This document shows, piece after piece, positions 20,052 through 30,541 of a stretch of DNA of 60,940 bases; the stretch's first letter is position 1, and each line of letters begins with the position of its first letter. Under the pieces are notes generated by a model. The model worked only from the letters and a program-made list of their open reading frames with translations. It did no database searches and was not told the origin of the DNA. The translations under genes were made by a program, and so were the position numbers. Source of the stretch: an uncultured Planctomycetia bacterium (GTDB lineage Bacteria > Omnitrophota > Gorgyraeia > 2-02-FULL-51-18); assembly GCA_964402785.1 (NCBI GenBank), contig CAYODQ010000006.1, positions 1-60,940 of the forward strand, given 5' to 3'.

Positions 20052-21428
20052 ATGGCTAAGATGTGGGGTGGGCGGTTCAAGAAAAAGATAGATCCTGAAT
20101 TTGAAAAATTCAGCGAGTCTTATCAATGGGATAAAAGGCTTTTGCCTCACGATCTCGAAATCGACGCTGCCCATGTAAAGGCACTTAAAAAATGCGGTGT
20201 TTTGAGCGCGGCAGAGGCGCTCAAACTACAATCCGCTATCAGAGCCATGCAAAACGCCTATAAAAAAGGTGATTTGAAGATCTCGAGCACCGAAGAGGAT
20301 GTGCATACGGCTATTCATCTGGCTTTGAAGGAAAAGGTGGGCGCTGTTGCGGATAAGCTTCACACAGCCAGGTCTCGAAATGATCTTGTGGCTCAAAGCA
20401 GTCGTCTCTACTGCGTCAAACACACGACCACTATACTTGGTCTTTTGCGGCAGCTGCAGCTTGAGATCACATTGAAAGCCGAGAAATGCGCGGATATTTT
20501 AGTGCCGGGTATGACGCACCTGCAAAATGCGCAAGTGGTCTCACAAGCGCATATTTTGATGGCCTATGTGGAGATGTTGGAGCGGGCTGTTGGGCGGTTT
20601 GAGGGAGCTCGCATTTTTTGTGACACCTGCGTCCTGGGAAGCGGTGCTTTGGCTGGTGTCACGTTCAAGCTAGACCAGCAGATGATCGCGCGTGAGCTGG
20701 GCTTGAGCTCTGTGACACGCAATAGTTATGATGTGTCTGGCGACCGTGATTATTTGCTCAACGTGCTATCTTCGATCTACTTTACTGGCATACAACTTTC
20801 TCGTATTGCTGAGGATATCATGATCGGGCAAACGCACGGGTTTGCTTATGTGGATGTAGATCAGGCTTTTTGTACCGGCAGCTCCATGATGCCTCAGAAA
20901 AAGAATGCCGATTTTATCGAGCTTCTCCGCGGAGCGTGTGGCGTTTTTGCGTCGAATTTTACGGGGTTTGCTTCTACGCTCAAGGCGCTGCCCACATCGT
21001 ACAATCGAGACCTGCAATGGGACAAAAAATACCTTTTTGACTCAGTGGAGACAATGGAGTCGGTGCTCAATATGCTGGCTAAAGTTTTTAAAACCATCGA
21101 ATATCGCCGCGCAAGGGCTCAAGAGATGGTTAAGGACGAGAGTCTATATGCGACAGATTACGCGGACTATTTGGTCACCAAGGGCGTGCCTTTCAAAGAA
21201 GCGCATGACCAGGTTGGAAGCATCGTTCATTTTGCAGAAGAAATAAAAAAACCGCTTTCTAAGATCGGTTTGGATCTGCTCAAAAAAATGGCGCCAAAAA
21301 CAGAGGGTGATGTTTATGATCTATTTGATGCCAAGCATTCAGTGCGCATGAAACGCACACAGGGCAGCACACACCCGTCCGAGGTGGCAAAGCAAATAAG
21401 TTTTTGGAAGAAAAAACTGAGAGGCTAA
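20052..21428 (+). CDS. argH: Argininosuccinate lyase
   Basis: MWGGRF, HTARSRND, GSSMMPQKKN. Confidence 0.95.
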   Translation: MAKMWGGRFKKKIDPEFEKFSESYQWDKRLLPHDLEIDAAHVKALKKCGVLSAAEALKLQSAIRAMQNAYKKGDLKISSTEEDVHTAIHLALKEKVGAVADKLHTARSRNDLVAQSSRLYCVKHTTTILGLLRQLQLEITLKAEKCADILVPGMTHLQNAQVVSQAHILMAYVEMLERAVGRFEGARIFCDTCVLGSGALAGVTFKLDQQMIARELGLSSVTRNSYDVSGDRDYLLNVLSSIYFTGIQLSRIAEDIMIGQTHGFAYVDVDQAFCTGSSMMPQKKNADFIELLRGACGVFASNFTGFASTLKALPTSYNRDLQWDKKYLFDSVETMESVLNMLAKVFKTIEYRRARAQEMVKDESLYATDYADYLVTKGVPFKEAHDQVGSIVHFAEEIKKPLSKIGLDLLKKMAPKTEGDVYDLFDAKHSVRMKRTQGSTHPSEVAKQISFWKKKLRG

Positions 21429-21429
21429 G

Positions 21430-22701
21430 ATGCATCGTTTTCATTACAAAGGCAAAGAGCTATTTTGTGAGAACGTGGCTGTCAAAAAGATAGCCGCGGA
21501 GGTCGGAACCCCATTTTATTTGTACAGCATCCAGACTTTTTTGGATCATTTTCTGAAGCTCAAGAAGGCATTTAGTTCGGTGCCAACAACGATCTGTTTT
21601 TCGACAAAAGCGAATTCTAATCTCACGGTGCTTAAGGCGCTGGTGAATCACGGCGCCGGGCTTGATATTGTTTCGGGCGGCGAGCTGGGCCGTGCTAAAA
21701 AAGTGGGGGTGGATCCCCAAAAGATCGTGTTTGCGTCCGTTGGAAAAACGGTACAGGAGATAGAGGATGCTATTCGCACGGGCATCCTGATGTTCAACGT
21801 GGAGTCGTCTCAAGAGCTTGAAGCCATCAATGCCGTGGCGACCCGTCTCAACAAAGTACAAAAGATCGCGATCCGCCTAAACCCGGATGTGAACCCGGAC
21901 ACCCATCATTACATCACGACGGGTTCTAAGCAGAATAAATTTGGGATGGACATGAAATCCGCTTACAAACTTTTTATGCAGGCTTATCGGTACCGGTTTT
22001 TACAGTTTGCCGGTGTTCATATCCATATCGGTTCGCAGATCACCAAGCCAAAACCATTCCAGGAAGCAATCCGCAAATGTCTCGAATTCATTGATAGCGT
22101 CAGTTACACGGGCAATTTAATCGAATATCTGAATATAGGTGGCGGCCTGGGTATCGTTTATTTGGATGAGAAGCCGCAATCTGCGGATCAGTTCGCAAAA
22201 GCCGTTCTGCCGCTTTTAAAAAATCATCGTCGCCTCAAGATTATTCTTGAGCCGGGACGCTTCGTCTCCGGTAACAGCGGAATTTTAGTCACAAAAGTGC
22301 TTTACGAGAAGAAGGGTACGGCCAAAACATTTTTGATCGTGGACGCCGCCATGAACGATCTGATTCGGCCTGCATTTTATGGCGCTTATCATGAGATAGC
22401 GCCCGTTACCAAGCATGGCACGGCTGGAAAAAAAGTCAAAACTGACATCGTGGGCCCCATCTGCGAAAGTGGTGACTTTCTTGCCAAAGATCGTAAGATC
22501 GCGTCTGTGAAGCCGGGCGAGCTTCTGGCGGTCATGTCTTGCGGTGCGTATGGATTTGTTATGTCGTCTAATTATAATTCTCGGCCACGAGTCCCTGAAG
22601 TGGTTGTTCGCGGCAGCCGTTTTTTTGTGGCTAGACAGCGTGAGACGATCGAGGAGATATTATCCAAGGAAAAGATCGTACGGGAAGTGGTGAGTGTTTA
22701 A
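21430..22701 (+). CDS. lysA: Diaminopimelate decarboxylase
   Basis: KAN PLP Lys, HIHIGSQ, EPGR, GPICESGD, GAYG...SNYNSR. Confidence 0.96.
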   Translation: MHRFHYKGKELFCENVAVKKIAAEVGTPFYLYSIQTFLDHFLKLKKAFSSVPTTICFSTKANSNLTVLKALVNHGAGLDIVSGGELGRAKKVGVDPQKIVFASVGKTVQEIEDAIRTGILMFNVESSQELEAINAVATRLNKVQKIAIRLNPDVNPDTHHYITTGSKQNKFGMDMKSAYKLFMQAYRYRFLQFAGVHIHIGSQITKPKPFQEAIRKCLEFIDSVSYTGNLIEYLNIGGGLGIVYLDEKPQSADQFAKAVLPLLKNHRRLKIILEPGRFVSGNSGILVTKVLYEKKGTAKTFLIVDAAMNDLIRPAFYGAYHEIAPVTKHGTAGKKVKTDIVGPICESGDFLAKDRKIASVKPGELLAVMSCGAYGFVMSSNYNSRPRVPEVVVRGSRFFVARQRETIEEILSKEKIVREVVSV

Positions 22702-22704
22702 GTT

Positions 22705-23520
22705 ATGAAAATAGTGCCATTCACCAAGATGTCCGGAGCCGGTAATGATTTTGTGATGATCGATAATCGTCGCAAAGCAATAACGAGCAACCCCTCTAAG
22801 TTGACAAAAAAACTGTCAGAGAGGAGGCTTTCGGTTGGAGCTGACGGTATGATCCTTTTGGAGTCGTCCAAGAAGGCCGATCTTCGGATGCGATATTTCA
22901 ATGCTGATGGTTCGGAAGCGGATATGTGCGGAAATGGTATCCGATGTTTGGCAAAATTTGCCGTTGATAAGAAGATCGCTAAGCCAAAGCATACCATTGA
23001 AACACCTGCGGGTATTTACAATCTCGAAGTTAAAAAAAATATTGTTCGTGTCCAAATGGTTGAGCCCAGTGATCTTAAGCTCCATATTCCTATCCTTGTG
23101 GATGGAAACAAATACGATGCGAGTTTTATCAATACCGGCGTACCGCATGCGGTTTTGATGGTCAAGGACTTGGAGGCTGTCGATGTCGATGGTTTGGGCC
23201 GCAAGATACGATTTCATGAGGCGTTCAAACCCAAAGGGGCTAATGTTAATTTTGTAAAGTTGGGTCATGGGAGCAACATCGAAGCTCGTATTTATGAACG
23301 CGGAGTGGAGGCAGAGACGCTGGCTTCCGGGACAGGGGCGACTGCGTCAGCATTGATCGCGGTGCTTCATATGAACATGAAGTCACCTGTTAAAGTTCAC
23401 ACGAGAAGCGGCGAAGTTATTACGATCTATTTTAAGAGAGCGGGGACGCATTTTCTAGACGTAGAAATGGAAGGCCCCGTGACAACTAGTTTTGAAGGTA
23501 AAGTGGAGGTATCAGCATGA
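22705..23520 (+). CDS. dapF: Diaminopimelate epimerase
   Basis: GAGNDF, NADGSEADMCGNG, TGVPH, YERGVEAETLASGTG. Confidence 0.93.
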   Translation: MKIVPFTKMSGAGNDFVMIDNRRKAITSNPSKLTKKLSERRLSVGADGMILLESSKKADLRMRYFNADGSEADMCGNGIRCLAKFAVDKKIAKPKHTIETPAGIYNLEVKKNIVRVQMVEPSDLKLHIPILVDGNKYDASFINTGVPHAVLMVKDLEAVDVDGLGRKIRFHEAFKPKGANVNFVKLGHGSNIEARIYERGVEAETLASGTGATASALIAVLHMNMKSPVKVHTRSGEVITIYFKRAGTHFLDVEMEGPVTTSFEGKVEVSA

Positions 23521-24401
23521 AGTTTCATGGTTCGATCACAGCACTGGTCACACCGTTTAAAAAAGGTAAAGTGGATGAGGCGGCTTTGATTCGTCTGGTG
23601 AAACGCCAGATCGAGCAAGGTACGGATGGGTTGGTTCCGGTGGGTACTACGGGTGAGTCGCCTACGTTGACACATGATGAGCATGAGCGAGTGATCCAGA
23701 TCGTGGTTCAGGCGGCCGCTAAAAAAGTGCCCGTGATCGCAGGCACAGGATCCAATTCAACCGATGAAGCCATCTCCTTGACCCGTTTTGCCAAAAAGGT
23801 CGGAGCGGATGGGGCGCTACTGGCAGCGCCTTATTACAATAAGCCCACGCAAGAGGGTTTGTACCGTCATTACGAGGCAGTTGCTAAGTCCGTGGATATT
23901 CCCATCGTGCTTTACAACATCCCCGGCCGCTCGGTGGTGAATATCGCCCCGGAGACGATAGCAAGGCTTTCAAAGATACCCAATATCGTGTCTGTTAAAG
24001 AAGCTAGCGGATCCATGGATCAAGCATCGCACATTCGATCGCTGTGCGATATAGAGATATTGAGCGGAGATGATTCGTTGACTTTGCCCCTGATGGCCTT
24101 GGGCGCAAAAGGGGTTATTTCGGTGCTTTCCAATGTATTGCCCGGCGAAGTTTCCAAGATGGTGGACGCTTTTTTTGCGGGCGACCATGATAAAGCGCAG
24201 AAGCTTCATTATAAGATCTTCCCGCTTTGCCGGGCGATGTTCATTGAGACCAATCCGATCCCGATCAAGCGCGCGATGAAGCTGATGGGTTTGTGTGAAG
24301 ATGAGATCCGGCTTCCGCTATGCGAAATGCAGCCGCACAATGAAAAGCTTCTGATCAAAGCCATGAAGGATTTTGGTTTGCCGATGAGGACAAAAGCGTG
24401 A
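23517..24401 (+). CDS. dapA: 4-hydroxy-tetrahydrodipicolinate synthase
   Basis: GTTGES, PYYNKP, YNIPGR, VKEASG, ETNPIPIK. Confidence 0.96.
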   Translation: MKFHGSITALVTPFKKGKVDEAALIRLVKRQIEQGTDGLVPVGTTGESPTLTHDEHERVIQIVVQAAAKKVPVIAGTGSNSTDEAISLTRFAKKVGADGALLAAPYYNKPTQEGLYRHYEAVAKSVDIPIVLYNIPGRSVVNIAPETIARLSKIPNIVSVKEASGSMDQASHIRSLCDIEILSGDDSLTLPLMALGAKGVISVLSNVLPGEVSKMVDAFFAGDHDKAQKLHYKIFPLCRAMFIETNPIPIKRAMKLMGLCEDEIRLPLCEMQPHNEKLLIKAMKDFGLPMRTKA

Positions 24402-25189
24402 TCAAGATCGGTGTGAATGGCGCATGCGGGAAAATGGGGCAGCGTATTTTGGCGTTGGCAGCGGAGGATGCCGGTTCTTTTCAGATCGCACATGCATTTG
24501 ACGCGGGTTCAGGGATCGGGCAAAAAACAGCACAGGGTCAAGCGGTCGAGAGTTTGGCATCTTATGCCAGCGGGCAGACCATTTTAAAGTGTGATGTGCT
24601 TATCGATTTCTCCGGCCCCGAAGGCACTCGCTCGTGTTGCGCCGCGGTTGGTTTTTCAAAAAAAGCATTGGTGGTAGGGAGCACGGGGCTTGACGATGCG
24701 ATCACAAAATCCTTGGAGGCAGCAGCCGCAAAAGTTCCCGTTGTGGTGTCGGCCAATATGAGTATCGGCGTCAATCTCGTGGTTCAGCTTCTAGAGCAGC
24801 TTTCCGCAAAAGCACCAGATAATTTTGATATAGAGATCACAGAGGCTCATCACAAACATAAAAAGGACGCGCCCAGCGGCACAGCCTTGATGCTGGCCAA
24901 AGCAATTGCAGCGGTCAAAGGATGGGATATTAAGAAATGTTTGAACTATCGTCAGGAAGGAAAAACAGAGAAAGATCGTAGCTCTCGTGAGATCGGTATG
25001 CAGGTGATCCGTGCAGGTGAGATCGTTGGCGATCATACGGTTTTATTTGCGGGGCCGGCGGAGACCATTGAGATCACGCACCGAGCGCAGTCGCGCGACA
25101 CCTTCGCACGCGGAGCGCTGACAGCGGCCTCGTTTGCTCACAGCGCTAAACCCGGAAAAATTTATTCAATGAAGGATGTGCTCAAATGA
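24398..25189 (+). CDS. dapB: 4-hydroxy-tetrahydrodipicolinate reductase
   Basis: GACGKMG, EAHHKHKKDAPSGTA, FARGA. Confidence 0.95.
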   Translation: MIKIGVNGACGKMGQRILALAAEDAGSFQIAHAFDAGSGIGQKTAQGQAVESLASYASGQTILKCDVLIDFSGPEGTRSCCAAVGFSKKALVVGSTGLDDAITKSLEAAAAKVPVVVSANMSIGVNLVVQLLEQLSAKAPDNFDIEITEAHHKHKKDAPSGTALMLAKAIAAVKGWDIKKCLNYRQEGKTEKDRSSREIGMQVIRAGEIVGDHTVLFAGPAETIEITHRAQSRDTFARGALTAASFAHSAKPGKIYSMKDVLK

Positions 25190-26364
25190 ACCCATTTTTT
25201 TTGGAAGAAGCCAACCGGCTTAAGGCATTGCCGCCGTATTTATTTTTGGAGATAGATCGCGCTAAGCGAGCTGCTATCGAAAAAGGGGTGAAGGTCATTG
25301 ACTTTGGTATTGGCGATCCCGACCAGCCAACTCCCAAATTTATAATTGATGCCATGGCCAAAGCCATCAAAGATGGCAAACACCATCATTACCCGCTTGA
25401 TCGTGGAAGTTTGGTATTCAGGCAGGCGATCTCTGTTTGGTGTAAAAAGCGTTTTGGCGTCAATTTTGACGCGGCCACTGAGATATTGCCGCTGATCGGT
25501 TCAAAAGAGGGGATCGCTCATTTGCCGCTTGCATTCATCAACCCCGGGGATACGGTTTTGATCCCCGACCCCTGCTATCCTCCTTATAAGAGCGGGACAC
25601 TGTTTGCCGGCGGGAAATCGCATTTGATGCCTCTCAAAGAAGAAAATGGATTTTTGCCGGACTTTACTTCGATTCCCGATCAGGTGATTCAGAGCTCAAA
25701 GATCATTTTTATCAATTATCCCAATAACCCCACAGGCGCGATCGCGCCTAGAAGCTTTTATGAGAAATTGGTCAAGTGGGCAACTCACCACAAGATCCTC
25801 ATTGCTTCCGATGTAGCGTATTCGGAGGTTTATTATGGACAGCAAAAGCCGCTGAGTATTTTTCAGATACCGGGCGCAAAGGACGTGGCCATCGAATTTC
25901 ACTCGCTATCCAAAACATGCAATATGACGGGTTGGAGAGTCGGTTTTGCAGTTGGCCGCGCAGAAGCTATATCGGCGCTTTTACGTGTGAAGAGCAATAT
26001 GGATTCAGGTGTTTTTACGGCGATACAAATGACAGGTGTGGAAGCGCTGAATAACAGCTTTGGTTTCTCCAAAAAAACCAATACAATGTACAGGAAGCGT
26101 CGTGATCTTTTGGTGGCGGGACTGAAGTCGCTGGGGTTTCCGGTGACACCTAACCCCGCTACTTTTTATGTTTTTACGCGCCTTCCGTATGGCTCGCAGG
26201 ATTCGACAGCTTTTTGTAAAAATCTTTTAGAGAAAGCCGGGATTGTGGCGACGCCGGGTGTCGGTTTTGGGCCGGCCGGCGAGGGGTATATACGGTTTGC
26301 GCTCACCGTCCAGGAGCCGGAGATCAAAGAGGCGTTGGTTCGTATGAAAAAGGTATTAGCATAA
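25186..26364 (+). CDS. dapL: LL-diaminopimelate aminotransferase (class I PLP enzyme)
   Basis: GIGDPD, GSKEG, NYPNNPTG, SLSKTCNMTGWR; dap cluster context. Confidence 0.85.
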   Translation: MNPFFLEEANRLKALPPYLFLEIDRAKRAAIEKGVKVIDFGIGDPDQPTPKFIIDAMAKAIKDGKHHHYPLDRGSLVFRQAISVWCKKRFGVNFDAATEILPLIGSKEGIAHLPLAFINPGDTVLIPDPCYPPYKSGTLFAGGKSHLMPLKEENGFLPDFTSIPDQVIQSSKIIFINYPNNPTGAIAPRSFYEKLVKWATHHKILIASDVAYSEVYYGQQKPLSIFQIPGAKDVAIEFHSLSKTCNMTGWRVGFAVGRAEAISALLRVKSNMDSGVFTAIQMTGVEALNNSFGFSKKTNTMYRKRRDLLVAGLKSLGFPVTPNPATFYVFTRLPYGSQDSTAFCKNLLEKAGIVATPGVGFGPAGEGYIRFALTVQEPEIKEALVRMKKVLA

Positions 26365-26858
26365 TGGCTATTGTTTATCTGGCGATCGGCTCTAATTTAG
26401 GCAATCGAGAAGAGCATATCCAAAAAGCCATGACTCTACTGAAAGAGAACGAAGGGATCGAAGTTCTCGAAGTCTCCGATCTCATTGAAACAGAGCCCGA
26501 GGGCGTTCTGGATCAGCCCAAGTTTTTAAATGGCGCCATCAAAATAGAGACGCAGATCCTGCCTATAGATCTTTTGACACAGTTAAAGACGATCGAGCGT
26601 CGTTGCGGCCGGGTCAAAAGTGATGTCGTTAATGGTCCCAGAGCTTTAGATCTCGACATTTTGTTTTACGACGATGTCGTGATCGTAGAAGGTAAAACGC
26701 TGAGCGTGCCCCACCCGAGGCTGACCGAAAGATTATTTGTTCTGAAGCCATTAGCGCAGATAGCGCCTGACATGATCCATCCAAGAGTCCAAAAGAGTGT
26801 CCGTGAGCTTTTGGAAGAATTGACTCGTGATAGTCCTACGCAGTCGCAACTCGCTTAA
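26364..26858 (+). CDS. folK: 2-amino-4-hydroxy-6-hydroxymethyldihydropteridine diphosphokinase
   Basis: IGSNLG, GPRALDLDIL, PHPRLTER. Confidence 0.94.
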   Translation: MAIVYLAIGSNLGNREEHIQKAMTLLKENEGIEVLEVSDLIETEPEGVLDQPKFLNGAIKIETQILPIDLLTQLKTIERRCGRVKSDVVNGPRALDLDILFYDDVVIVEGKTLSVPHPRLTERLFVLKPLAQIAPDMIHPRVQKSVRELLEELTRDSPTQSQLA

Positions 26859-27687
26859 AAGATATATTCAAGGCCTAAAAAAGTCCGGCAAGACGATCGG
26901 TTTTGTGCCCACTATGGGTTATCTCCATGCCGGCCATTTATCACTGCTCAAAAAAGCATCTCGTGAAAATGATATCGTTGTCGCAAGTTTATTTGTAAAT
27001 CCTTTACAATTCGGGCCCAAAGAAGACCTGAAGCGATACCCTCGTGATTTTAAAAGAGACCGAGCATTATTTAGAAAAGAGGGCGCGGACGCGCTCTTTG
27101 CGCCCGAGCCGGGAGAGTTTTATCCGAAAGATTTTCAAACCCAGGTTCAAGTGAGGGAGGTTTCTCAGGGCTTGTGCGGACTCAGCCGCCCGCATCATTT
27201 TGGCGGAGTCGCTACGGTGGTGCTTAAGCTGTTGAACTTAGTGCAGCCGGATAGGCTTTATTTGGGCCAAAAGGATTTTCAGCAAGTTCGTGTGATCGAG
27301 CAAATGGTTTTAGATATGGATCTGCCCATAAAGATCGTCCGATGCCCGACCTTTCGAGAGCCGGATGGCTTGGCAATGAGCTCGCGCAATGTGTTTTTAA
27401 GCCCCAAAGAAAGGCTTCAAGCACCGTATTTGTACAAAGCGCTAGAGAGTACCGCCCAGTTGATAAGGGCGGGTCAAAAAAGCACAAAGGTCCTTAGGAA
27501 ACATTTTATGGAGCACCTAAAGAAGGCGTCCATGGCCCAAATTGACTATGCGGAAATAGTCGATGCTGCAAGCCTTAGGCCTATGGTAGAATTGACGGAA
27601 TTGCCCAGGAAATCGAATGTGCTGATAGCAGCTGCGTTGATCTTCCCCAAGGCAAGGTTAATCGACAATCTGATTGTAAAGGTGTGA
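26827..27687 (+). CDS. panC: Pantoate--beta-alanine ligase
   Basis: [38 protein letters not shown]. Confidence 0.96.
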   Translation: MIVLRSRNSLKRYIQGLKKSGKTIGFVPTMGYLHAGHLSLLKKASRENDIVVASLFVNPLQFGPKEDLKRYPRDFKRDRALFRKEGADALFAPEPGEFYPKDFQTQVQVREVSQGLCGLSRPHHFGGVATVVLKLLNLVQPDRLYLGQKDFQQVRVIEQMVLDMDLPIKIVRCPTFREPDGLAMSSRNVFLSPKERLQAPYLYKALESTAQLIRAGQKSTKVLRKHFMEHLKKASMAQIDYAEIVDAASLRPMVELTELPRKSNVLIAAALIFPKARLIDNLIVKV

Positions 27688-27688
27688 T

Positions 27689-28039
27689 ATGCTCAGAGTT
27701 TTGATGAAATCGAAGATCCATGGCGCGACGGTCACCGAGGCCAATCTCAGATACACGGGGTCTATCACGATCGATAAAAATCTACTCAAGCGTTCCGATA
27801 TGTGCGCATTTGAGCGCGTCCAGATCGTGAATTTAAACAACGGCTCACGAGTTGAGACGTATGTATTGGAAGGTGAGCCGGGGTCCGGGACTATCTGTAT
27901 GAACGGAGCTGCTGCTCGTTGGGCCGAAGTGGGCGACAAAGTTATCATCATATCCTATGCACTTTGCACGCCTCAAGAGATGAAAAAGCATCGTCCCAAA
28001 GTCGTGTTCGTCGACGATAAGAATCGCGTTAAAAAATGA
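27689..28039 (+). CDS. panD: Aspartate 1-decarboxylase
   Basis: [17 protein letters not shown] (G-S pyruvoyl cleavage site), NGAAAR. Confidence 0.96.
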   Translation: MLRVLMKSKIHGATVTEANLRYTGSITIDKNLLKRSDMCAFERVQIVNLNNGSRVETYVLEGEPGSGTICMNGAAARWAEVGDKVIIISYALCTPQEMKKHRPKVVFVDDKNRVKK

Positions 28040-28845
28040 TCAAAGTAGGGGTGATCGGCTGCGGAACAATAGGGCGAGAGTTGGCTTATGCCTGTCAGAA
28101 GCAATTTGCGGATGAGGTCAATTTATTTGCGATCGCCGATCAAGACCCGTCGCATGCCCGCAAACTACAAAAAGATCTTAAGCCCAAGCCTCAGATCTTA
28201 TCCATAGAGCAGCTTATCCGCCAATGTGATCTGGTGGTCGAGGCTGCCTCAAAACACACGGCTTACGAGATCGCCAAAAGTGCTTTATCGCAGGGCAAGG
28301 ACGTGTTGATCATGAGTGTGGGTGGTATTATCGGCAAGGAAAAAGAGATATTTAGGCTTGCTAAAACGCATCGCTGCTGTTCGTATTTTCCCAGTGGGGG
28401 TGTGGTGGGGATCGACGGGCTTAAGGCGGCGAGAATGGGTAAGATCCATCGCGTGACGCTTACGACCCGCAAACCGCCGCAAGGCCTGGAGGATGCGCCT
28501 TATATCATCAAACACGGCATCAATCTAAAAAATTTGAAACAAGAAAAGTTGATCTTTGAGGGCAATGTCGTGGACGCTGTTCGCGGATTTCCTAAAAACA
28601 TCAATGTCTCCGCAACACTTAGCCTTGCCGGGATAGGTGCCAAACGCACGCGCGTCAGAATATTTGTCTCGCCTCATATGCTTGTCAATGTACACGAAGT
28701 GTACGTTGTCGGCGATTTTGGCTCATTTTATACGCGCACAGAAAATTTTCCATCGGAGCAAAACCCCAAAACAAGCCGCCTGGCGATCTTGTCAGCCGTG
28801 GCCACACTTGAGCGCATCCTTAAGAACGTCAAAATCGGGACTTGA
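28036..28845 (+). CDS. nadX: L-aspartate dehydrogenase (NAD biosynthesis)
   Basis: GCGTIG, VVEAAS, FPKNINV, NPKTS. Confidence 0.88.
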   Translation: MIKVGVIGCGTIGRELAYACQKQFADEVNLFAIADQDPSHARKLQKDLKPKPQILSIEQLIRQCDLVVEAASKHTAYEIAKSALSQGKDVLIMSVGGIIGKEKEIFRLAKTHRCCSYFPSGGVVGIDGLKAARMGKIHRVTLTTRKPPQGLEDAPYIIKHGINLKNLKQEKLIFEGNVVDAVRGFPKNINVSATLSLAGIGAKRTRVRIFVSPHMLVNVHEVYVVGDFGSFYTRTENFPSEQNPKTSRLAILSAVATLERILKNVKIGT

Positions 28846-29432
28846 TCAAGACCCATTTAGATCCCTTATCGGACGAAGAGATCATAACCGGCTGTCGGGC
28901 AGGACGAGACAGTGCCTGGCAGAGCTTTGTTGATCGCTTTTCGGGCTTGGTGCATTGGTCGGTGTGGAAATACACACAAGATCTCCCTCAAGCCGAACGC
29001 GAAGACGTGGGGCGGGAAGTGTTTCAGGATTTTTTTCTGCAATTGGTCGAAAAGCGATCATTGGATCAGCTAAAAGATGCCGCCAAAATTCGTAAATTTA
29101 TCGTCGTGTCGGTGACGCATTTGGCGCAAAACAAGCTTCGTCAACGCCGCCGAGTTAGCTCCTGGGAGCAGCCGCTTGACGAAGCCGTGACGGCGGACGA
29201 AGTGGCTGATCCTGCGTTTCAGGAGGCCGTGGTGAAACAGTTAGATTTATTGGCCAGTGTGTATGAGGATCTGGATCCCAAAGAGAAGGTGATCATGGAT
29301 TTTTGTTATGCCGAAGGCATGACGCATGGGGACATAGCGATCCTGTTGGGCATCCCGCAAGATACGGTTTCGACGGTGATCAGGCGCTCTAAAGAGAAGA
29401 TCCGAAAAAAAATGATGGAAAATGACAAATAG
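28842..29432 (+). CDS. ECF (sigma-70 group 4) sigma factor
   Basis: Region 2 (AWQSFVDRF, EDVGREVFQDFF) and region 4 HTH (GMTHGDIAILLGIPQDTVSTVIRR); TTG start overlaps the nadX stop. Confidence 0.85.
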   Translation: MIKTHLDPLSDEEIITGCRAGRDSAWQSFVDRFSGLVHWSVWKYTQDLPQAEREDVGREVFQDFFLQLVEKRSLDQLKDAAKIRKFIVVSVTHLAQNKLRQRRRVSSWEQPLDEAVTADEVADPAFQEAVVKQLDLLASVYEDLDPKEKVIMDFCYAEGMTHGDIAILLGIPQDTVSTVIRRSKEKIRKKMMENDK

Positions 29433-29478
29433 TTTGAACGAAAACGGTGGGGGTCGGTGTCTAGTATAGTGGGGATTT

Positions 29479-30003
29479 ATGGATAATATTGATCAGATCG
29501 TAAAACAATACATGTCCCGCAGGAGCACCGCGGGCGCTGACAGGGGTGTTTTTGTGCCAGACCAGGAGCTGTGGCATGGTTTTTTTGACAACAGCCTGCC
29601 TGAGCAAGAGCTGGCACAGATGACCGTTTATTTGCTCAAAGACCGAGAGGCTAGGGAGTTTGCACTCAAAACCCGCAGAATTTTGGCTGAAGCAGCTTCA
29701 GCGACTAATTCCGCGCCCAAAGCTTGGGTGGATGAGACCAAAAAGAGCCTATCTTCTAAATTGGCAAAACCCAAAAAGAAGCAGATATATTGGCTGTGGT
29801 ATGCGCTATCTATCGCAGCATTTGCTTTATCTTTTCTCATGCCGAGGTATTACATGCAGTTTTTGGTCCTCACCGCTCTTGCCGGAATAAAAGGTATTGT
29901 TGATCAGAGGCAGGCGAAGATGCAGATACTGATCTATCAAGTGTTGGAAAGCGGGAAGACGGTTGATTCAAACCGGCTCAAGCAGATGGGTATCAAACAG
30001 TAG
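29479..30003 (+). CDS. Probable membrane-bound anti-sigma factor
   Basis: Directly downstream of the ECF sigma; soluble N-terminus and two TM helices. Confidence 0.55.
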   Translation: MDNIDQIVKQYMSRRSTAGADRGVFVPDQELWHGFFDNSLPEQELAQMTVYLLKDREAREFALKTRRILAEAASATNSAPKAWVDETKKSLSSKLAKPKKKQIYWLWYALSIAAFALSFLMPRYYMQFLVLTALAGIKGIVDQRQAKMQILIYQVLESGKTVDSNRLKQMGIKQ

Positions 30004-30015
30004 CTATTCGCTGCC

Positions 30016-30044
30016 TTTACTTCCCCGGATAGCTCATTTATACT
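30016..30044 (+). promoter_or_regulatory. sigma70 promoter for tRNA-Pro
   Basis: TTTACT-17 nt-TATACT. Confidence 0.65.
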
Positions 30045-30072
30045 GTTGCGCACTATTGGATCGGCAAGATGA

Positions 30073-30147
30073 CGGGATGTAGCGCAGCTTGGCTAGCGCG
30101 CCTGGTTCGGGACTAGGAGGCCGTGGGTTCAAATCCCACCATCCCGA
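30073..30147 (+). tRNA. tRNA-Pro(CGG); CCA not encoded
   Basis: Acceptor stem CGGGATG/CATCCCG, D arm, anticodon arm CCTGG-TTCGGGA-CTAGG, T loop GGTTCAAATCC. Confidence 0.96.
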
Positions 30148-30181
30148 TGTTTTGACACAAAAGGGGGGCGATGGTTTGTAC

Positions 30182-30535
30182 ATGAAAAAGCATACTGCAG
30201 CGCTTCTGGTTCTGAGTTTTTTCATACCCTCTACTTTGTTTGCCATGGGCCGAGAACCCAAGGAAAAAAAATCGTCACAAGCTGGTTTTGCCCAAGTTTC
30301 CGCTACAGGTTCCAAACGCGTTGAGCTTTACGTCACTTCTTGGTGTGGTTATTGTAAAAAATTAGAAAAACATCTTAAGGAACGGGGCATTTCATATGAT
30401 CGGTATGACATTGAAGCCGATCAGCATGCTGCAGATGTGTTTCATTCTATTGGCGGCACAGGCGTGCCGGTTACCCGTATAGGCTCAGATGTGGTGTACG
30501 GCTATGATCCGGACCGCATTGCCGAGCTTCTCTGA
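30182..30535 (+). CDS. Glutaredoxin-like protein with signal peptide
   Basis: TSWCGYC and GVPV motifs; ATG 30182 chosen because the longer ORF overlaps the tRNA. Confidence 0.82.
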   Translation: MKKHTAALLVLSFFIPSTLFAMGREPKEKKSSQAGFAQVSATGSKRVELYVTSWCGYCKKLEKHLKERGISYDRYDIEADQHAADVFHSIGGTGVPVTRIGSDVVYGYDPDRIAELL

Positions 30536-30541
30536 TATTTA

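Noticed and set aside
29435-29462. Possible ECF-type promoter (GAAC...GTCT) between sigma and anti-sigma
   Set aside because: Spacing is ambiguous and there is only one instance, too weak to call.
30034-30315. Extended ORF start at 30089 and minus-strand ORF 30034-30315
   Set aside because: Both overlap the tRNA-Pro gene; ATG 30182 is the plausible start.
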